Positions 57,899-64,000 of a stretch of 64,000 bases of DNA are shown here, one piece after another (positions within the stretch are counted from its first letter, which is position 1; each line of letters starts with the position of its first letter). The stretch is from Spirochaetia bacterium (GTDB lineage Bacteria > Spirochaetota > Spirochaetia > SZUA-6 > Bin103), in assembly GCA_965208575.1 (NCBI GenBank), contig CBDBOV010000002.1, forward strand, positions 32,001-96,000. Direction: 5' to 3'. Made by a program: the position numbers and the translations under genes. Below the pieces are notes generated by a model that was given only the letters and a program-made list of their open reading frames with translations, had not been told where the DNA came from and made no database searches.

Positions 57899-58959
57899 GA
57901 CGGCGCCGCCGGACTGAGCGCCGCCCGCAGCGCGTCGATTGCCGGTGACTCGTCGGCGGCGGGCAGGGCCAGCGGACGCCGCTCGGTGGCGCTGCGGTAG
58001 GCGGCGAGCAGCACCGCGTACTGCGCGGTCGCCTCGGCCAGCGCCAGCGGGTGGTCCGGTTCGGCCCCCTCGATCCAGTCCAGCATCGAGTCCACGAGGG
58101 CCGATTCGGCCGGCGCGTCGTGCTCCCAGTAGTCGTGCGTGCCGCGCTCCAGGCTCCCGTCCAACAACGTCTCCCACGACCACATGGTCCAGGTCACGTG
58201 GCCGCGGTCGCCGTACACGGTAATGCGCTTGTGGCCCCACACCGCCTCGCGCGCTCCAGGCGGCGCTTCGGTCAGCCGGGGCGCTCCGGCCCCGCAGCGC
58301 AGCACGGCGCGCAGGCCGCCTGCGAAGTCGATCGCAGCCAGCAGGTCGTCGGGGGCGAAGTGGTTGCGCGGCGACGGCTGCAGGCCTTCGCCGCCGGCCG
58401 CCTGCCCGAACACGGCGGCCGGATGCGCGCCGCCGGCGAAGGCGAACACCGATTGCAGGGCGTGCGTGCCCTGGTAGGCCGCGTTCATGCCGGTGCTGGC
58501 GTCGATCAAGCGCACCGCGCCGATGGCGCCGTCCGCCACCAGCCGCTGCAGCCGCCGGCGCGGGGCGTGGTAGTGGAGCTGGTGGTTGACCGCCACCTTC
58601 AGCGGCGAGCTGCGCGCAAACGCCGCCAGCGCGGCGCAGTCGGGGCCGTCGATGGCGATCGGCTTCTCGATGATCGCCGCCGGCACGCCGGCGGCCGTGA
58701 TCTGCTCCAGCAGCTCCAGGCGCGCGTCCGGCGGCGTATTGACGTGCACCACGTCGGGCCGCTCGCGCGCCAGCATCTCCCGGTAGTCGTCGTAGCGCGC
58801 GGCGACGCCGTGGGCATCGGCCAGCTCGTCCCGCTTGTCCACGGTACGCGCCGACACCGCCACCAGCTTCGCGCGCCGCTGGTGGCGATACGCCAACGCG
58901 TGGTGCCGCGCCCGGCCGCCGCTGGCGCCGATGATCACACTCCGATAGTCGCCCGCCAC
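57895..58959 (-). CDS. Gfo/Idh/MocA oxidoreductase
   Basis: IIGASGG, YDDYREML, IEKP. Confidence 0.88.
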   Translation of the reverse strand: MAGDYRSVIIGASGGRARHHALAYRHQRRAKLVAVSARTVDKRDELADAHGVAARYDDYREMLARERPDVVHVNTPPDARLELLEQITAAGVPAAIIEKPIAIDGPDCAALAAFARSSPLKVAVNHQLHYHAPRRRLQRLVADGAIGAVRLIDASTGMNAAYQGTHALQSVFAFAGGAHPAAVFGQAAGGEGLQPSPRNHFAPDDLLAAIDFAGGLRAVLRCGAGAPRLTEAPPGAREAVWGHKRITVYGDRGHVTWTMWSWETLLDGSLERGTHDYWEHDAPAESALVDSMLDWIEGAEPDHPLALAEATAQYAVLLAAYRSATERRPLALPAADESPAIDALRAALSPAAPS

Positions 58960-59146
58960 GCGCGTTACTGTAGCACGCCCGAGGCGGCCATGAAGACTCC
59001 GCGCCGGTGCTCGACCGCATCACCGTGCCGTCCGCCACGCGGGCCCGCGCACCGCTTCCTGCATTCCGTTCGCCAGTTATGAAATAGACACCTTTCTAAC
59101 GGTAATCGATACGTCCATCATACTTTTGTTGAGTACCTTCGTGGCA

Positions 59147-62100
59147 ATGACGACGACGAGATACAGCACGACAGTTGTACGGAGGACATCCGCCGCGCTC
59201 GCCTTGCTGCTGATAATCTTGACAGCGGCGGAGACCGCACAGGCGCAGACCTCGGTCAAGCTGGTCGGCAACACCGGGCAAGCACACAATGGCAATCGCG
59301 ACTTTCGAACCGATTTCGACTACGCCGGCGGGTTCACCACCGGCCGCAATAGTGACGGCTACAAGCTGACCAGCGTGGGCCTCGGCGTTTCAATGCTCAA
59401 CCCATCAGGAACGACAGAGCCTCAGTATACGGTGAGCATCTGGTCGTCGAACTCGAGTGGCCATCCGGGCAGCAATCTGGGCACGCTCACGAACCCGGCC
59501 AAACTGGCTCAGGGAACCAACTCGTTCACCGCCGCCGGCACGGGCATCGATCTGGACGCCCAGACAACCTACTGGGTGGTGGTGGACCCAACCGCCGTGG
59601 GGGACAGACAAACTCGACTCCGTATGACACAAACGAACGCGGAGGATGCGGGTGCGGCGACGGGCTGGAGCATTGCGAACAGTGACCTTTCGAAACACAC
59701 GAGCGACAGTTGGACTGGAGATGAATTTGGGCAGTCCACTCAGTTCGCCGTCCACGGCCACGCGAAGGACGAAGCCGCGCCGACGCTGCTCGGCGGCACG
59801 ATTCGCGGGCAAACCGTGAAGCTGTACTTCAGCGAGCTCCTGAAGACGACGGGGACCCCGGCTGCGAGCCAGTTCACGGTCACCGGCAATCCCACCGACC
59901 TGGGGGCGGTCACCAGCGCCACGATCGACACGTCCGAGAGCAACATCATTACCCTGATGGTGACTAATGCCTCGGCCGCGGCCGATACGGTCACGGTCAC
60001 CATCCCCACCACCACCGGCATCGAGGACCTCGCCGGCAATTCCCTCGCGGCAATCACGACGGCGTTCACGCTGACCAACATCAACCCCGACGATCCCGGC
60101 GCCCCGCTCCTTACCGCCGCGTCGGTCAACGCGAGAACGCTGACGCTGACCTACAACCAGAAGCTGCTGCCGAGATATCCGCCCGCCGCGGACTTCACCG
60201 TCTCGGCGAGCACGACGAGCGTGAGCGTGGACGAGGTCGCCCTCACCCCCGGCTCGACGAGTTCGACCGTGGCGCTGGCTCTGAGCCTGCCGGTGAAGCA
60301 CGGCGAGACGGTGACGGTAAGCTACAGCAAGGCCACGAAGCCGCGGCTCCAGAACGAGTGGGGCAGTCAGGTGACCGCGCTCTCGATCCGTGCGGTGACC
60401 AACGCCACCGACCCGCCCGTGGCCTGGATCGTGTCCGCCCATAGTGATGGGCCAGTAGAAGAAGGCAAGCCTGCGGGATTCTCAGTGGAAATGGACCCGG
60501 TGCCGGCGTCGGAGGTCCAGGTCAACGTGACGATTTCGCAGACGGGCACCTTCGTGGCAAGCGAGCACCTGGGTGCGAGGACCGTGACCATGCCGACCAC
60601 CCAGTCTCACATCTTCAATGTGCCCACGGTACACAACGGGGCGGATCAGGCGGACGGGTCGGTGACGGCGACGCTTGCCGCGGGTACCGGCTACACCGTG
60701 CACGCGACGAAGAACGCCGCCACCACGCGGGTGCGCGACATCGACGAGAGCCCGCCCGCGCCTCCGGCGCCACCGTCACCGTCACCGTCACCGTCGCGCG
60801 GCAGCGCGCCGGCGGCTTCGGCGGGCGCGGACGTGGAGGTCGACCCGGGGGCTTCGGTGACGCTGAACGCCTCGCGGAGTTCGGACCCGGACGGGGACGC
60901 GCTGACCTACGCGTGGGAGCAGGTCTCGGGCGCGGCGGTGACGCTTTCCGGTGCGAACACGGCGCGAGCTGCGTTCACGGCTCCGGCCGCGCCGGGCGCG
61001 CTGGAGTTCCGCCTCACGGTGACGGACCCGGGCGGGTTGTCGGACAGCGACGTGGTGACGGTGACGGTGCGCGACCTGGCGCCGAGCTTCGGCGATGCGG
61101 CGGTCGCCGCGCTGGTGCTGGTGTCGGGCGAGGCGATGGCGCCGGTGGTGCTGCCGGAGGCGGCGGGGGGCAACGGGGCGCTCTCCTACAGCTTGACCTC
61201 CGAGCCGACGGGGCTTGCGGGGCTCAACTTCGACGCGGCGGCGCGGCGGCTGTCGGGCAGGCCGGGGACGGAGGGGAGCTGGGTCTTTACCTGGCGGGCG
61301 CACGACGCGGACGCAAACCGGGCGGACGCGGACGCGGCGACCCTGACCTTCCGGGTTACGGTGGATGACTCGGGCGCTGCGATGGTAAAGCACACGGTGC
61401 GGCGCACGCTGTCGGCGGTGGCGGGGCGGGCGCTGTCGAGCGCGCTCGACAACATCGGGGCGCGCATCGAGACCTCGGTGCCGGCGAGCGGTCTGACGCT
61501 GGCCGGGGAGACGTTGCCGCTCGGCCTGCCCGCGGCGCGCCTCGCGGGTGCGTGTGCGCCGGACGCGCGCGGCCGCCACGGGTTCGGGACCACGTTCGGG
61601 CAGGCCGGCTTCGGCGCGGCGCGCGACGGCTGCGCGCCGGACGCGCGGGGCCGGAGCGTCGCGGCGGCGGAGCTGCTGCACGCGAGCGCGTTCTCGCTGA
61701 CGCCGGGCGCGGCGCAGGCGGCGCCGTCGGCGCTACTGTGGTCGGTGTGGGCCCGCGGCGACCTTGGCACGTTCGCGGGCCGCCCGGAGCCGGGGATACG
61801 CTACGAGGGCGAGCTGCGCACGGGCTGGCTCGGGATGGACGTGCGCGCGGGCGCGTGGGTGGCGGGGCTTGCGGTGAGCCACGGCACGGGCGAGGCGGAC
61901 TACCGCTTCGAAGAGCGGGGCATGTCCGGGCGCGGCCGGCTGCAGACGTCGCTGACCGCGCTCTACCCCTATGGAAGCTGGACCGTGGTGGACGGCCTGG
62001 AGCTGCGCGGCGTGCTCGGCGCCGGGCTCGGCGAGGCCGTGCATCGCCTGGACGGCGACGAGCGCGAGACGAGCGACCTCTCGATGCAGATGGCGTCGCT

Positions 62101-62833
62101 GGGCCTGCGCCACGAGTTGCCCGCACTGGCGCGGATCGACCTCGCGGCGCGGGCCGACGCGAGCCTCGTGCGGATGGCGACCGACGACGGCCCGGACTAC
62201 GTCGACGGCGTGACCGCCACTACTTGGCGCTTGCGAGCCGGGCTCGAGGCCTCGCGGCGCTTTGCGCTGGGCGGCGACACCGCGCTCGCACCGTTCGTCG
62301 AGGCGGCCGGGCGGCACGACGGCGGCGACAGCATCACCGGCAGCGGCCTCGAAATGGCGGGCGGGCTGCGCTTCATGACGCCGCGTCTGCAGGTGGAGGC
62401 GCGCGGGCGCTGGCTCGCGTTGCACTCGGAGGAAGGCGCGGAGGAGCGCGGCGTGAGCGCGACCGTGCGCATGGCGCCCGGGGCGCACGGGCGCGGGCTG
62501 TCGCTGTCTGTGACCCCGCGCTGGGGCGCGGGAACCGGCGGCGCGGAGGCGCTGTGGCGGGACCAACTGCCGCAATCGCCCGGAACCCCGGAAGGCGATG
62601 CCGCCGCGCTCGACGCGCAGATCGGCTACGGTCTGGGTCTCACTCCGCACGGGCTGCTGACGCCGTTCGCCGAGACCGGGCTCGCCGGCGCGGACAGCCG
62701 GCGGCTCAGGCTCGGCGCCCGGTTCGACGCCTCGCACCTGGATCTCGGCGTCGAGGTCGCGGGCGAGCGCGTCGAGAGCGGCGCGGCCGAGCCCAAGCAC
62801 GCGCTCAGGTTCGACCTCAGGCTGCGGTTCTGA
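59147..62833 (+). CDS. Autotransporter-like surface adhesin with Ig-like/PKD-type passenger repeats
   Basis: Signal peptide (AQAQ), Thr-rich beta-sandwich modules, SDPDGDALTYAWEQ PKD-like module, C-terminal beta-barrel ending in F. Confidence 0.85.
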   Translation: MTTTRYSTTVVRRTSAALALLLIILTAAETAQAQTSVKLVGNTGQAHNGNRDFRTDFDYAGGFTTGRNSDGYKLTSVGLGVSMLNPSGTTEPQYTVSIWSSNSSGHPGSNLGTLTNPAKLAQGTNSFTAAGTGIDLDAQTTYWVVVDPTAVGDRQTRLRMTQTNAEDAGAATGWSIANSDLSKHTSDSWTGDEFGQSTQFAVHGHAKDEAAPTLLGGTIRGQTVKLYFSELLKTTGTPAASQFTVTGNPTDLGAVTSATIDTSESNIITLMVTNASAAADTVTVTIPTTTGIEDLAGNSLAAITTAFTLTNINPDDPGAPLLTAASVNARTLTLTYNQKLLPRYPPAADFTVSASTTSVSVDEVALTPGSTSSTVALALSLPVKHGETVTVSYSKATKPRLQNEWGSQVTALSIRAVTNATDPPVAWIVSAHSDGPVEEGKPAGFSVEMDPVPASEVQVNVTISQTGTFVASEHLGARTVTMPTTQSHIFNVPTVHNGADQADGSVTATLAAGTGYTVHATKNAATTRVRDIDESPPAPPAPPSPSPSPSRGSAPAASAGADVEVDPGASVTLNASRSSDPDGDALTYAWEQVSGAAVTLSGANTARAAFTAPAAPGALEFRLTVTDPGGLSDSDVVTVTVRDLAPSFGDAAVAALVLVSGEAMAPVVLPEAAGGNGALSYSLTSEPTGLAGLNFDAAARRLSGRPGTEGSWVFTWRAHDADANRADADAATLTFRVTVDDSGAAMVKHTVRRTLSAVAGRALSSALDNIGARIETSVPASGLTLAGETLPLGLPAARLAGACAPDARGRHGFGTTFGQAGFGAARDGCAPDARGRSVAAAELLHASAFSLTPGAAQAAPSALLWSVWARGDLGTFAGRPEPGIRYEGELRTGWLGMDVRAGAWVAGLAVSHGTGEADYRFEERGMSGRGRLQTSLTALYPYGSWTVVDGLELRGVLGAGLGEAVHRLDGDERETSDLSMQMASLGLRHELPALARIDLAARADASLVRMATDDGPDYVDGVTATTWRLRAGLEASRRFALGGDTALAPFVEAAGRHDGGDSITGSGLEMAGGLRFMTPRLQVEARGRWLALHSEEGAEERGVSATVRMAPGAHGRGLSLSVTPRWGAGTGGAEALWRDQLPQSPGTPEGDAAALDAQIGYGLGLTPHGLLTPFAETGLAGADSRRLRLGARFDASHLDLGVEVAGERVESGAAEPKHALRFDLRLRF
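60771..60794 (+). repeat. (CACCGT)4 in-frame hexamer repeat (Pro-Ser linker)
   Basis: Directly visible tandem repeat. Confidence 0.8.
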
Positions 62834-63028
62834 ACCGCGCAGCCGGCGGCGGCCGGCGGCGCGGCGGGTGAGCGGTGATCGGGTGAGTCCGACCAGCGCA
62901 ATGCAATCTCCAGGCCGTCGTGCTTGCAACGGCGAAAGGTCGACTCGACCGTAGTGGCGACCATACTCTCATGGTCCGGCCATGCCGACGCGCCGTCAAA
63001 GATGCGGCGCGACGCCGGTAGACGGAGG

Positions 63029-63277
63029 TTATTCCTCGTCGCGCTCGACGATGTGCAGAGCGGCGCGCGCCTGCTCCGCCTGGTCGCCTACCCCGCCCAG
63101 CCGGGCGGCGAGGTCGGCGCGCAACTCGGCGGCGAACTCCTCCAGGATGGCACGGATTTCGGCGCACAGTCCGTCCAGGCGGGAGCCGAGGTCGGAGCGC
63201 ATCGCGGCGATTTCGGCGCGGATCTCGCGCAACTCGGCGAGGACGTCGCGAATCGTCGGCTGGGCGGGTTCACTCAT
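63029..63277 (-). CDS. Small coiled-coil hypothetical protein
   Basis: 82 aa with heptad periodicity. Confidence 0.55.
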   Translation of the reverse strand: MSEPAQPTIRDVLAELREIRAEIAAMRSDLGSRLDGLCAEIRAILEEFAAELRADLAARLGGVGDQAEQARAALHIVERDEE

Positions 63278-63286
63278 CCGTACAGC

Positions 63287-64000
63287 CTACCGCGCCCGCC
63301 GGCGGTGAGGCAATGGGGCGACCGGGGCGACCTCGGGGCGACCTATCGGCATTCCGCACATGCGGCGCAGGGTGTGGCGGTCCCCGAAACCGCCCGCCTT
63401 GGTGACCACCACCAGGCCGCCCCACGGCCCACCGAGCACGCGGCCCCACGGAACGCAGGGCTCCGCTTCGCCACGCAGCGCGAGGCGGCGAATGTGCAGC
63501 CGTCGCAGGCATGCGTAGGCGGTGTCGCCGCCCACCAGCAGCAGCGCGCGCGGGCGCACCGCTGCCGCCGCCAGGGCGCGCGCGGCCAGATCGGCGAGTT
63601 CCATCGCCACCGTCTCCGCCACCGGGGCGGATGGCCGTGCGGCGGGCTCCGCGGGCGGGGGTGCGCAGAGAAAGAGATCCCGGCCGCCGGCCAGCGCCTG
63701 GGCGGACACCGCGACCGCATCCGCCGCGCTCAGCGGGCCCGGTGGGCCGCCGTCCGCGGCACCGGTGGCGTGCCAGCGTGGGGCGTACGCCGCGGCTCCG
63801 GAAGGCGCACTCGGACGCACCATCAGCGGGCGCGCGGCGGCGGCGGCGAAGTCCACCTGCGTGCGGGCCAGGATGCGGCGCGATCCACAGACCAGTACCA
63901 GCGGCGCCCGGTGTGCGGGCACCGAGTCAGCAACGCGATCGCCTCCCTCCATGGGCGGCGCGGCATCGAGTCGCGGTGCGCCGGCCAGCGCCAGGGCGCG
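63287..64000 (-). CDS. Four-carbon acid sugar kinase family (DUF1537), 5'-partial
   Basis: VCGS, LVGGDTA, VTKAGGFG nucleotide-binding domain motifs. Confidence 0.82.
   Translation of the reverse strand, partial: RALALAGAPRLDAAPPMEGGDRVADSVPAHRAPLVLVCGSRRILARTQVDFAAAAARPLMVRPSAPSGAAAYAPRWHATGAADGGPPGPLSAADAVAVSAQALAGGRDLFLCAPPPAEPAARPSAPVAETVAMELADLAARALAAAAVRPRALLLVGGDTAYACLRRLHIRRLALRGEAEPCVPWGRVLGGPWGGLVVVTKAGGFGDRHTLRRMCGMPIGRPEVAPVAPLPHRRRAR

Noticed and set aside
1-64000. CRISPR array, tRNA or rRNA
   Set aside because: No regularly spaced repeat-spacer pattern or recognisable structural RNA gene seen by eye; tRNAscan/Infernal were not run.

Overview
High-GC bacterial window with no rRNA, tRNA or CRISPR array that I can support. 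A diderm host-associated organism is plausible (autotransporter, ankyrin protein, PhyH dioxygenase, glycosidases), but this is inference only. The backbone is metabolic and housekeeping: aldo-keto reductase, GH29 fucosidase, M20 and M3 peptidases, PolB, TrkA, GH4 galactosidase, xylulokinase, Fpg/Nei, BNR protein, a sugar ABC transporter, aldehyde dehydrogenase and a large autotransporter. An accessory island spans about 7.4-27.2 kb. It opens with an intact, tightly coupled five-gene Hsp70 module (935-aa helical/TPR protein, J-protein with HPP instead of HPD, GrpE, Hsp70, Zn-ribbon/TPR protein). After that come defence-type genes broken by deletions (VapC, 2OG-Fe(II) oxygenase, ABC ATPase, PHP-ATPase, HATPase, DUF499 ATPase, ATPase-DUF4276). 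A complete IS110 element interrupts the PHP-ATPase. Its 270-bp non-coding end holds two repeated stem-loop modules that match the reconstructed target and donor junctions, i.e. a readable bridge RNA, and its recombinase has Thr at the expected catalytic Ser position. Other highlights: a two-amidohydrolase plus Rieske cluster resembling AibH1H2/AibG-type oxygenases, a membrane-anchored catalytically dead DEDDh exonuclease, and four TA loci with damaged toxins. Several frameshifts and a mosaic duplication at 19.06-20.43 kb may be assembly errors. All family calls are from motif recognition by eye; no database searches were run.
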